Source of the DNA: Vitreimonas sp.
GTDB taxonomy: Bacteria; Patescibacteriota; Microgenomatia; UBA1400; PJMF01
Assembly (NCBI GenBank): GCA_035627515.1
Contig: DASPLQ010000012.1
Location: forward strand, 714,331-778,330
Reading direction: 5' to 3'
DNA: 64,000 bases
The translations under genes and the position numbers were made by a program. Under the pieces are notes generated by a model that saw nothing but the letters and a program-made list of their open reading frames with translations, was not told the DNA's origin and did no database searches. Positions 10,625-19,174 of this stretch are shown in pieces. The stretch's first letter is position 1. Every line of letters begins with the position of its first letter.

Positions 10625-10627
10625 GTA
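10600..10627 (+). repeat. Junction site D (overlaps the nitrilase 3' end)
   Basis: GTTCGA AAATCGTT CCAAA GAGT GAGTA; 21/26 identical to site B with the same spacing. Confidence 0.6.
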
Positions 10628-10737
10628 TTATCCTATAACAATTAATATTTTTCCAAACTTTAAATCTTATTTTGCTATATAAAGAAGCTATTTCAATTAA
10701 AAGAAATGTGTTAACCTGGTCTTGAAGGTTTTTATTT

Positions 10738-11361
10738 ATGCTAGAAAATAATGCACAGATAGGCTTAGAAGTTAACAAAACTCAAGACCTGGGTCCGGTA
10801 TTAAACACTAATCTAGTTGTCCCAAGAGAAAGTGTAACTGGGTTTGAGAATACTCCATGCTTGGTATTTGGTAATGGAGTTGAGATTGAGACTGTAGTCT
10901 ATGCCAAAAGTACCCAAGAGAACGTGAGAGAGATGGCCGATGGCAGAAGCGTCCTTTCATTACACCAAAGAAGAGGAAGCGATGGAGAAGGTACAGATGT
11001 AGTCAAAGTACATTTCCTACCCACAACTTCATTAGCAGAAAGGGCGTCAGATCCTGAGCAGGTGGCTGAGTCAGAGAAGTGGCACATACAAATAGATGCT
11101 ATAACAGGTTTTTTATCTATGGCGAATGCGTTTACAAAAGATCAAATTATTATTTCTAATGGCTCCTCACCTGATTATTATTTATTTATGGATACTAATC
11201 CACAATTTGCAGCCTTTATGAGATTGAGGTGTGGATTCAGAGGAACTATTGGAGGTACTCAGGTATGGATAAAAAGAAGCGAGTTCACATCAGAAGAGAA
11301 CAGAGCGCTAATGAGCAGCTTTTTAGAATCATTGAAAGAAAGAGTGAGTACTGTTTCATAA
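10738..11361 (+). CDS. Hypothetical protein
   Basis: 207 aa ORF; no motif recognised. Confidence 0.6.
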   Translation: MLENNAQIGLEVNKTQDLGPVLNTNLVVPRESVTGFENTPCLVFGNGVEIETVVYAKSTQENVREMADGRSVLSLHQRRGSDGEGTDVVKVHFLPTTSLAERASDPEQVAESEKWHIQIDAITGFLSMANAFTKDQIIISNGSSPDYYLFMDTNPQFAAFMRLRCGFRGTIGGTQVWIKRSEFTSEENRALMSSFLESLKERVSTVS

Positions 11362-12930
11362 CTGGTTAATTAACTCAGATACCCATTTAGTTTGACTATC
11401 CAATGGCTTAGATAACTGTAAAGTTAGATATCCAGTTCTAGAAATGTGTGGATCATCAGAATTAGTAATCATTCTTGTGCCTGGCAATAATTCTAAAACA
11501 TGATTAACTAATTTTTCCTTATCATTTCTTATAGCGCTATCTATTTCTGAATTAACACGATGAATTCTGAAAGGAACTGTTTCCATTGCAATCAAGACAG
11601 TATCAATGTTTTTTTTGTGCAAAATAATAAGAGAACTAACTAAAGAAATTAACTTAGCTGATGGAGTTTGTGTTTTGACAAGTTCTTTGAATTCCTGTGG
11701 TAAAAAAAACTTCTTGAGTGAAGATAAGTTGAATTTTTGTTTTTGAAAGACTTCATCTTTTTCTAAGGCTTGCTGTTTCACCTTTTTATTATTGCGAAGT
11801 AAACTTATAAGATTCCATATGCGGTCTAAGTCTTCTTCAGGTTGATTTGAATTCAAATCTTTTAGCAAAACCTGTATTTTTGATTTCCACCAAAACTCAA
11901 GTGATGTTTCACTAGATTCTCTCAAATGAAGTTCAGTTAGATTTTTCTCAATAGTAGTGTAGTCGATGACATCTATTTCATTATTAAAGGTCAAAATAGT
12001 GAATAAGTCAGGAAAGTAGTTCTGTAAAATTAAAATAGCTTTATTTAATTCAATGCGGTTTCTTTCTAGAGCTAACTCAAGGCTTCTCTGTGATTGATTC
12101 TCAATTTTAGGTAATTGGATTGACTGGATAATGGCTGTAGTGGGTCCTGTAATTCCCACACGAACGTCGGGTAGCCGATATTCAGGTGCTTGTTTCCCAA
12201 TAGCTTCCAGAGGTGAAAGAGTAAATTGAAGTTCTTCAGGACCTTCATACACTAAATCCGGCGACTGGATTCGCCAACTGAGAAGTCCTTGATCTAAGGC
12301 AACTGAAGACCAAGATGTAGTATGAGCTAGAACAGTACTTTCCAACTGGTTTGCGAGCTGTTCAAAAAAAACACTGCCATGAATTAAATCACCTAGTGTC
12401 ATTTCTCTTAAATAACTTTCTACTAAGGTACTTAACCTCTCAATTGGTAACTCATTGTGAAGAAATATTCTTTGAAAATATTTCTCCCCACTATCTTGTC
12501 GCGTCTGGGTGGCTGTGATGATCCTATCAAGTGAGGTAACTAAGTTTGCTAAATCATCAACTCTAAGCAGTTTATGATAGTGGTAAAATTCCTCATTTTT
12601 ATCTTCATTATCGGGGTCTTTTTTCTCAAGATACTCAGTGTATGCATCAGGGTTATTCCAATAGCTCAATATAAATTGACCTTCGGATGTGGCGAATTGA
12701 ATAGCATCAAAGCCTAATCGACTGCGAGGTGAGAAAGAGGCACGGACAGAAAAAGAACCACTTGAGAGAAGTCTCAAAACGAGTTCTTTGCTAAGCGTAG
12801 AATTAGTTGGTGGTAAACTTTCCAAGTAGTTTTTAGCTTTGTCTAATACTTGATGAAAATTCGATTGAGGTCCTACTTCGTTGTTTGCCTTGGCTCTAAT
12901 AACTGCACCAACTGGGTATTCTAGAATCAT
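11356..12930 (-). CDS. Hypothetical protein
   Basis: 524 aa ORF; TATACT 5 nt upstream of ATG; no motif recognised. Confidence 0.7.
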   Translation of the reverse strand: MILEYPVGAVIRAKANNEVGPQSNFHQVLDKAKNYLESLPPTNSTLSKELVLRLLSSGSFSVRASFSPRSRLGFDAIQFATSEGQFILSYWNNPDAYTEYLEKKDPDNEDKNEEFYHYHKLLRVDDLANLVTSLDRIITATQTRQDSGEKYFQRIFLHNELPIERLSTLVESYLREMTLGDLIHGSVFFEQLANQLESTVLAHTTSWSSVALDQGLLSWRIQSPDLVYEGPEELQFTLSPLEAIGKQAPEYRLPDVRVGITGPTTAIIQSIQLPKIENQSQRSLELALERNRIELNKAILILQNYFPDLFTILTFNNEIDVIDYTTIEKNLTELHLRESSETSLEFWWKSKIQVLLKDLNSNQPEEDLDRIWNLISLLRNNKKVKQQALEKDEVFQKQKFNLSSLKKFFLPQEFKELVKTQTPSAKLISLVSSLIILHKKNIDTVLIAMETVPFRIHRVNSEIDSAIRNDKEKLVNHVLELLPGTRMITNSDDPHISRTGYLTLQLSKPLDSQTKWVSELINQL

Positions 12931-13039
12931 ACTTCAGTATAAAGGAGTTTATGTTTACTGCCAAACGCACACATTTTTGCTATGCTTAGTTTGTCATGGG
13001 TGAAAAAGGATTACAAACTATTGAAAATTGATAAAGTAT

Positions 13040-13080
13040 TTCGGGTAAAGTCCCACAAGGGGAGCTTTTTCTATCCGAAC
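13040..13080 (+). repeat. Junction site E
   Basis: TTCGGGTAAAGTCCCACAAGGGGAGCTTTTTCTATCCGAAC; imperfect palindrome; 25/28 identical to site F. Confidence 0.85.
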
Positions 13081-13127
13081 CATATTTTCGTCAAGTGAAG
13101 TGACTCGAGTCCTAGCTGGATGTCCCA

Positions 13128-13883
13128 CTATTTATTATCCGAACTTATTTTACTTTCTACAAATTGATGAATAGACGCTAACATCTGAGCAATATCTTTG
13201 TCTTGAATTAACACTCCCACAGGTTGTTGATTTGAATATGTAAATAAGATTACTTGGTTGCCAGATATATGTATGCCCCCAGGAAATGAGTAGTTAGCGG
13301 GTAGAAAGTACGTTTGTCGGAACTCAGTTATATCTTTTTTTATTTCTTTCAGAGCCGCTTTGTTTTTCGGTGTAATGAGTTTTGTGGGAATTTTTTTACT
13401 TACTCTGAGACTAGTATAGAAGGGGATTGGATCTCCGTGTTGTGTGTAGTTCCCAAAAACGAGAATTGGCTCTTTTTTGTCAATTAATGTCTGTTCTAGT
13501 AATGTTTGAACTCCAGATTCACCAGTAAAGATCGAAATCTTTGGTATATTGAGTTCACTTCGCTCCATTAATTCAAGTTCCTTTTGAACTTTTTCTAGCG
13601 AATTAATTTTTTTATTTAACTCCTGTTGCTGGTTCTTGAGATATTCTTTAATTCTGACTGGTGGTTCAGCATGAAAAAATAAAATCCCATTATCTGTCGA
13701 AACGCTGACTAACCCTTTTTGGATTAAAGTGTCCAAAGTTGTGTAGGCAGAAGCGCGCTTAATACCTGTACCCTTGGCAATTTGGCCTGCTTTAAGGTTA
13801 TTGTTCTCTAACAATGCTAAATAGATTTTGGCCTCATACTGGCTAAATCCGCATTTTGTCAGTGTGTCTTGAAGCTCTAACAT
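13128..13883 (-). CDS. TrmB-family transcriptional regulator
   Basis: GFSQYEAKIYLALL, IAKGTGIKRASAYTTL..L..KGLV, AEPP, F.GESGV. Confidence 0.85.
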   Translation of the reverse strand: MLELQDTLTKCGFSQYEAKIYLALLENNNLKAGQIAKGTGIKRASAYTTLDTLIQKGLVSVSTDNGILFFHAEPPVRIKEYLKNQQQELNKKINSLEKVQKELELMERSELNIPKISIFTGESGVQTLLEQTLIDKKEPILVFGNYTQHGDPIPFYTSLRVSKKIPTKLITPKNKAALKEIKKDITEFRQTYFLPANYSFPGGIHISGNQVILFTYSNQQPVGVLIQDKDIAQMLASIHQFVESKISSDNK

Positions 13884-13894
13884 AGTGTTGTCGG

Positions 13895-13936
13895 AATGTT
13901 ACAACATTTTGACAAAATAATCAAGTCGAATATACT
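13895..13936. promoter_or_regulatory. Overlapping divergent promoters with a palindromic operator candidate
   Basis: AATGTT-AC-AACATT palindrome; + strand TTGACA-16-TATACT; - strand TTGATT-17-TAACAT. Confidence 0.6.
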
Positions 13937-13962
13937 GCACCTAATCAGTTAGAAGGATTTAT

Positions 13963-14349
13963 ATGTCCAAAGAAAATGCCGTTACTTTTTTAGACCCATT
14001 TGTAATAAGTGCCTACAAGCATCTAGTTTTAGGAATCGACTTTAGACAAGCTTTTGCAGATTCAGTGAGCTTAGTTGATTTTGAACAGAAAAAAGAGGAG
14101 TTATTGAAGGAAATAGATAGAAGGCTACTTAGTGGTTCTGTTGAAGATTTGGGTAAGCTTATTAAAAGTATGCAAATTACCAGAAATTCAAACAAAGATG
14201 AGTTGCAAGAAAGAGCTGCTCTAGAACGTTTAGAAAACGAACTTGGGTTAACAGTTGAACAGGCTTCTCTTGTATTTCAGACATGCACTCAGTTAAACGA
14301 TCAATTATTTAATAAGCTCTGGGGAATTAGTTCTCAAGGTCAAGGTTAA
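13963..14349 (+). CDS. Hypothetical protein
   Basis: 128 aa ORF with AGAAGGA RBS; first gene of a three-gene operon. Confidence 0.7.
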   Translation: MSKENAVTFLDPFVISAYKHLVLGIDFRQAFADSVSLVDFEQKKEELLKEIDRRLLSGSVEDLGKLIKSMQITRNSNKDELQERAALERLENELGLTVEQASLVFQTCTQLNDQLFNKLWGISSQGQG

Positions 14350-14351
14350 TT

Positions 14352-15035
14352 ATGCCAATAGGTACTTTTATAAACATAGTAGCAGTAGTAATCGGTGGAG
14401 TAGTTGGGCTACTTCTAAATAAAAACTTTCCACAAAAAATTCAACAGATCGTATTTCAAGGAATTGGTCTGTGTACTTTATTAATTGGTATGCAAATGGC
14501 ACTTCAAGTAAAAGATCCGCTTATTCTTATTTTTAGTATCTTGATTGGGGGAATACTGGGTGAGATTACCAGACTAGAAGATAGAATTGAAAATCTCAGT
14601 AATATGCTAAAGAAAAGAGTTGGCTCTCAGGATGAAGGGTTTACTCAGGGACTTGTAACTGCTTTTCTCATTTTTTGTATTGGCTCTATGACGATTGTTG
14701 GCGCATTAAATGAAGGGATCTCTGGTGATCGTTCCTTGTTACTCACAAAATCAGTCTTAGACGGGTTTACCTCAATTGCCCTAGCTTCAACTTATGGGAT
14801 TGGTGTGCTTTTTTCAGTGATTCCAATGCTTATTTTCCAAGGTGGCTTGACTGTTTTTGCTAGTCAATTCAGTGACCTGTTTAGCCAATCTCTTCTTTTA
14901 CAACTTACGGCTACAGGAGGTATCCTAATCTTAGGTATTGGTATTAATTTGCTCGAAATCAAAAAAATAAAAGTAGTTAATCTCTTGCCTTCTTTACTAG
15001 TTGCTGTATTACTTACAGTGCTTTTACTTAAATGA
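14352..15035 (+). CDS. DUF554 (YdfK/YqgA-like) membrane protein
   Basis: GTFIN, FCIGSMTIVGA, LLTKSVLDGFTSIALAS.YG.GV, NLLPSL. Confidence 0.9.
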   Translation: MPIGTFINIVAVVIGGVVGLLLNKNFPQKIQQIVFQGIGLCTLLIGMQMALQVKDPLILIFSILIGGILGEITRLEDRIENLSNMLKKRVGSQDEGFTQGLVTAFLIFCIGSMTIVGALNEGISGDRSLLLTKSVLDGFTSIALASTYGIGVLFSVIPMLIFQGGLTVFASQFSDLFSQSLLLQLTATGGILILGIGINLLEIKKIKVVNLLPSLLVAVLLTVLLLK

Positions 15036-15367
15036 AAGGAAGTATGATCACAGTCGACGACTTTAAAAAGTTAGATATTCGTATTGGAAAAGTTATTTCA
15101 ATCGAAAAGGTCCCAGATGCTGATAAACTCCTGAGGTTTGTTTTTGATGTCGGTGATGAGCATAGGCAAATCATGGCGGGAATGGCAGAGTTTTTTCTTG
15201 ATCCTTCTCAGTTAGTAGGTAAAGAGATGCCCATTTTAATGAATATAGAGCCAAGGAATTTCCGTGGATACACTAGTCATGGAATGATTATTGCTGCTGA
15301 TGTAAATGGCGCTCCGGTTCTTTTACATCCTGAAAAAGAGATTCCTGCTGGGAGCATTGTTCGCTAA
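15032..15367 (+). CDS. Stand-alone tRNA-binding OB-fold (Trbp111/CsaA/MetRS C-terminal-like)
   Basis: ITVDDFKKLDIRIG, DADKLL, RQIMAG, NIEPR...G..S.GM. Confidence 0.9.
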   Translation: MKGSMITVDDFKKLDIRIGKVISIEKVPDADKLLRFVFDVGDEHRQIMAGMAEFFLDPSQLVGKEMPILMNIEPRNFRGYTSHGMIIAADVNGAPVLLHPEKEIPAGSIVR

Positions 15368-15377
15368 CTAAATAACC

Positions 15378-15412
15378 GTTCGGATAAAGTCCCACACCGG
15401 GAGCTTCTGTTT
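15378..15412 (+). repeat. Junction site F
   Basis: GTTCGGATAAAGTCCCACACCGGGAGCTTCTGTTT; last 14 nt identical to 8041-8054 at the tRNA end. Confidence 0.85.
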
Positions 15413-15559
15413 GAAAAGATGGTTTTAAATCAGGCATTTTCAAGAATATATCAGTATATTTTTAGAGTTCGACTGAATCTCTGTATTTTTCTGCCTATTT
15501 TTTTTGTTCACCAAGTACTCTAGAGTGTGTAAACAGACTAATCCACCCAAATAAGAAGA

Positions 15560-17560
15560 TTAAAAAATTATCTTAAATCTTTTCTCAGCCTCTTCAAATA
15601 GTTTTATAACTCTATCTATCGTTTCTGAAGAAAGCTTTACTTCACTCTGCTCTGTTAGCTTCAGAAAGTTTCTAGATAATAAAACCTTATCTTTTTTATG
15701 TTGTTTTATATATTCTGAGTTTTTTGAAGTGTAACTTACGCTTTCATCTTCTAAAACATACTTTTTGAAATCCTCGGCAGCAAAGATATCTTCTATAGTG
15801 CTATTGTCACTATCTAATACAGACAATATTTCCTCTTTAGATATTAACCAATCTTTTCTAAGATGCTTTTCAGCATCTTTTTTACCTTTATCGTTGTCAT
15901 ATAAGTAAAGCACATTACATCCCCATCCATTAAGAATAGTACCTACAAAAGGCATATTTCCTGACCCACCTCCAAATATGAAATTTAATATAAATTTACC
16001 GGTCAATAGCTTAAAACTATTTAGATAGTAAACATCAGATGGTCCTTCACATACGATGTTGCTTTTCTTATCTAAGTTTACAACACCAGAGGTAAGCTCT
16101 AATCCAATTGCAGTTAATAAAGGTGTTAATGTTTCTTTGTCGGCGACTTTATGAATTTTCGACTCAATATGTGTGCCAATATTATATCCAATTGTGTACA
16201 AAATCCTCCGAAGCTTTTCTTGTTCATCTTCAGTTAGCTCATCAACTTTAGTTTTTAGTTGATAGTATATCCTGTCATCTTTTTTGTGTTTTTTTTCCTC
16301 ATAATACTTCTTTAAATCGTCTGTAATTTCAGATATTTGAACTGCTTCTATTAGTTTTGGGATCTCAGCTCTTTGAACAAGTCTTATTCGATGCAATTTG
16401 TCAGTATCTATTAGATATGGTGAATGGGTTGTAAAAATAATCTTCTTTTTTTTAGAAGTATCTTCTAATTTATTTAAGATATCTCTCTGTGCAGATGCAT
16501 GTAGAAATAAGCCTGGTTCGTCTATTAATAAAATATTATCCTTTTCTTCTTTGGATCTAGCAGTTATACGAATATAGAAAGCCAGATGCCATCTTTTTCC
16601 TTGACTTCTAATTTCAGGAGGGTAATATGATTCATCTTCTCTTATTTGAAACATTAGTTGTTCTGAATCCCAGTCAATTTGAATATTAGAAAAGTCTTGG
16701 GACCAAAACCTCTTATATTCTTGCTTTAGCTGTAGGTTTAATTGTTCTTTATGTTGTAGTTTTTCATGTATCTCACCTGAAGTAATAACATTTAGATCTA
16801 AGCCAGTTATTAAAGCAAGATCCTTCATCAGGGGATGACTCTGTACATCACTTAGAGCTAATGTAGAAGGGAAAGTTTCATCAAAAGACCTAAATAGAAT
16901 AAAGTTGGGTAGTAATGTTTTTATTACTGGGATGAAATTTACTTGGATATTATTTAGCAGTGAGAGCTGATTTGCTAGTAAATCAACATTTTGGACAATG
17001 TCTAATAGTTCTTTTTTTTCTTCAGATAAAGAAAGTGCGTCTCTAAGTTTGGAAATTTTTGTGTTGTAGGTAGTAAAATCCTCTATACTATCTGGTACTA
17101 AATGATGTAGTTCTTCACGATCTCTAAAACTATTAATTAATTTTTGTAGTTGGTCTTTGGCTTTTTCTTTGATAGTAGTATACGAATCAGCAACACCAAA
17201 CAGTTGTTCATATGTTTTATCATCTATGAAATACTCTGAAGGAAACCTTTTATTAATTGTAATTTCAATACCTTGACCTTTGCTATTTGGTTCAATCTTT
17301 AGTTGTTTCTTTATTACATCATTATCAGATTCTTGAAGGGAAAATGTTAAAGCAACCTCAGGTGTCCTATCTTTCCTAAATAAAGATTTTGCTTTCTCTC
17401 TGATAGGAATATCACTATTAAAATCTTCAAGAGCCTCTAGCAAGGCTGTTTTTCCAGCCTCATTTTTACCTGCAAATATAGTAATACCATCTTCAAAATT
17501 ACATTCACCGCTATCAATAATTGACTTATAGTTTTTAACTCTGAACCTAAGTAATTTCAT
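15560..17560 (-). CDS. OLD-family ATP-dependent nuclease (ABC ATPase + TOPRIM)
   Basis: VKNYKSI, GKNEAGKT, RSQG signature, LLIDEP, TTHSP, VCEGPSD, YDND..G. Confidence 0.85.
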   Translation of the reverse strand: MKLLRFRVKNYKSIIDSGECNFEDGITIFAGKNEAGKTALLEALEDFNSDIPIREKAKSLFRKDRTPEVALTFSLQESDNDVIKKQLKIEPNSKGQGIEITINKRFPSEYFIDDKTYEQLFGVADSYTTIKEKAKDQLQKLINSFRDREELHHLVPDSIEDFTTYNTKISKLRDALSLSEEKKELLDIVQNVDLLANQLSLLNNIQVNFIPVIKTLLPNFILFRSFDETFPSTLALSDVQSHPLMKDLALITGLDLNVITSGEIHEKLQHKEQLNLQLKQEYKRFWSQDFSNIQIDWDSEQLMFQIREDESYYPPEIRSQGKRWHLAFYIRITARSKEEKDNILLIDEPGLFLHASAQRDILNKLEDTSKKKKIIFTTHSPYLIDTDKLHRIRLVQRAEIPKLIEAVQISEITDDLKKYYEEKKHKKDDRIYYQLKTKVDELTEDEQEKLRRILYTIGYNIGTHIESKIHKVADKETLTPLLTAIGLELTSGVVNLDKKSNIVCEGPSDVYYLNSFKLLTGKFILNFIFGGGSGNMPFVGTILNGWGCNVLYLYDNDKGKKDAEKHLRKDWLISKEEILSVLDSDNSTIEDIFAAEDFKKYVLEDESVSYTSKNSEYIKQHKKDKVLLSRNFLKLTEQSEVKLSSETIDRVIKLFEEAEKRFKIIF

Positions 17561-17692
17561 AACCTACCTTTAAAGTTAACGTGATTTTAACAGATTGAAA
17601 TGAAAATAATATTAAGTAAAGATCATCTACACACTGCAGTTAAATATCTAGTATCATCAGACTTACTACTAACTTAACTAAAATGAGTAAAA

Positions 17693-17732
17693 TTCTAACT
17701 TCCTCCAACAGAGGCAGCAAACGACATCGAAC
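17693..17732 (+). repeat. Junction site G
   Basis: TTCTAACTTCCTCCAACAGAGGCAGCA...CGAAC; matches site C. Confidence 0.55.
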
Positions 17733-17842
17733 CTTTTTTCTTCAATTAATAACTCTAATCTAACCACAACCCAACTCGAAATGTTCAACCCTCTAACGTT
17801 TTTTGTAGTACAATTAGCCTATAAAATTAATAGGAGAATAAA

Positions 17843-18343
17843 ATGAGTAAGCTAATTACCTGTATCTGGTTTGTTAATAACAATGGAGAAGAGGCAGTAA
17901 GATACTACATCGACACTTTTAAATCAGCCCCTGGTAATCATGAAGCAAAACTGGGAGATATCACCAAAGCACCTAAAGCGTCTGAAGAAGTTTCTGGTAG
18001 ACCTGAGGGGTCCGTTATGACAGCTGAATGCGAGCTTGACGGTATAAGCTTCATGGCTCTAAATGGTGGTCCTCTCGAACAATTCAAACTTAATGGGTCA
18101 ACGTCTTTTATAGTTGAGTGTGAAACCCAAGAGGAAATTGATTTCTTCTGGGAAAAGTTATCAGCAGTTCCTGAAGCTGAGCAATGCGGATGGTGCACTG
18201 ATAAATTTGGCGTCACATGGCAAATCGTCCCCAGAATTTTAGATGAAATGATGAGAGACCCTCAAAAAGCTGAGGCGGTAACTGCTGCTTTTATGCCAAT
18301 GAAGAAACTTGACCTGGAAGCAATTAGAAAAGCTGGTGAATAA
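17843..18343 (+). CDS. VOC/PhnB-like (3-demethylubiquinone-9 3-methyltransferase family) protein
   Basis: ITCIWF, FMALNGGP, QEEIDFFWEKL, CGWCTDKFGVTWQIVP; AGGAG RBS. Confidence 0.9.
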   Translation: MSKLITCIWFVNNNGEEAVRYYIDTFKSAPGNHEAKLGDITKAPKASEEVSGRPEGSVMTAECELDGISFMALNGGPLEQFKLNGSTSFIVECETQEEIDFFWEKLSAVPEAEQCGWCTDKFGVTWQIVPRILDEMMRDPQKAEAVTAAFMPMKKLDLEAIRKAGE

Positions 18344-18369
18344 AGCTATTAAAAAAATAGAGTTTTAAG

Positions 18370-18567
18370 ATGAAAAACTCTCATACTGAGTTTCACAAAG
18401 ACGGCTCAATTAAAGCAATAGGAAAGCTTAAAGATGGAAAGCGCGATGGTTATTGGAAATGGTATCGCAAAGATGGAAGCAAGCTGAAAACTGGATACTT
18501 CAAACAAGGGATATTAGCAAAAGAATGGATGAAGTACGACAAAAAGGGGAAACTGATTAAATACTGA
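18370..18567 (+). CDS. Small MORN-repeat-variant protein
   Basis: FHKDGS..AIG, GYWKWYRKDGS..TGYF, YDKKG repeats. Confidence 0.75.
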   Translation: MKNSHTEFHKDGSIKAIGKLKDGKRDGYWKWYRKDGSKLKTGYFKQGILAKEWMKYDKKGKLIKY

Positions 18568-18578
18568 GCAGTAATTTT

Positions 18579-19145
18579 ATGAAGTTACCTAAAAGTCTAA
18601 CAACTGTAACACCGCTTTCAAAGGCTTTAGCTTTAATTCTTTTTTTCCTATTACCCATCTTAGGTTTTTATCTAGGCATGAAGTATCAGCAAGCTCTTAT
18701 TTTTAGTCATTCAATCTCCCTAATTGAAAACACGTCTTCAGATTTAGACATAGAGAAATCAGATACAACTAATTGGCTAGATTATAAAAATAATACCTGG
18801 GGGTTTGAACTAAAACTCCCCCCCACTTGGGAAGGATATTTAGTAAGTGAACATAATTGGACCACAAATCCAACACATGAGTATACTGCTGATATTTGTA
18901 TTTATTTTAAACGCTTTGATAGTATTCCTGCCTGTATTTTGCATGTGAGTGTGTTTTCTGCTGAAGAATTGCAAGCCGTAAGTAAAAAAGGTGCTTTACC
19001 TAATTTATTAGGTCAGTCGAATCAATTTTTCTTCGCAGCCAATGAGTATGATCCTCAATGTGCGCAATTAGATTCTTTTCAGTGTGATCGATCAAAAGAG
19101 CTGCCTGAGATTTTATCCACTTTTAAATTGAACGCTAAAGAATAA
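18579..19145 (+). CDS. Membrane-anchored exported protein (PsbP-like motif)
   Basis: N-terminal TM (TVTPLSKALALILF..LP..GFYLG); WLDYKNNTWGFELKLPPTW. Confidence 0.65.
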   Translation: MKLPKSLTTVTPLSKALALILFFLLPILGFYLGMKYQQALIFSHSISLIENTSSDLDIEKSDTTNWLDYKNNTWGFELKLPPTWEGYLVSEHNWTTNPTHEYTADICIYFKRFDSIPACILHVSVFSAEELQAVSKKGALPNLLGQSNQFFFAANEYDPQCAQLDSFQCDRSKELPEILSTFKLNAKE

Positions 19146-19174
19146 AGAATGTAGTTCCTGTTATACTCACACCT

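Larger units (their letters stand above)
8032..17732 (+). mobile_element. tRNA-Asn-anchored tandem array of integrase-less gene cassettes (genomic island)
   Basis: Six degenerate tRNA-3'-like junction sites delimit 0.4-2.4 kb units; visibly AT-richer than the flanks; no integrase gene. Confidence 0.65.

Noticed and set aside
13040-13068. Resemblance of sites E/F to the guanidine-I (ykkC) riboswitch 3' hairpin
   Set aside because: The 5' aptamer half is absent, and the next gene downstream is on the opposite strand
8806-17732. Junction sites as integron attC sites or CRISPR repeats
   Set aside because: Arms run GTT...AAC, the inverse of attC RYYYAAC...GTTRRRY; no intI or cas genes; spacing is 0.4-2.4 kb
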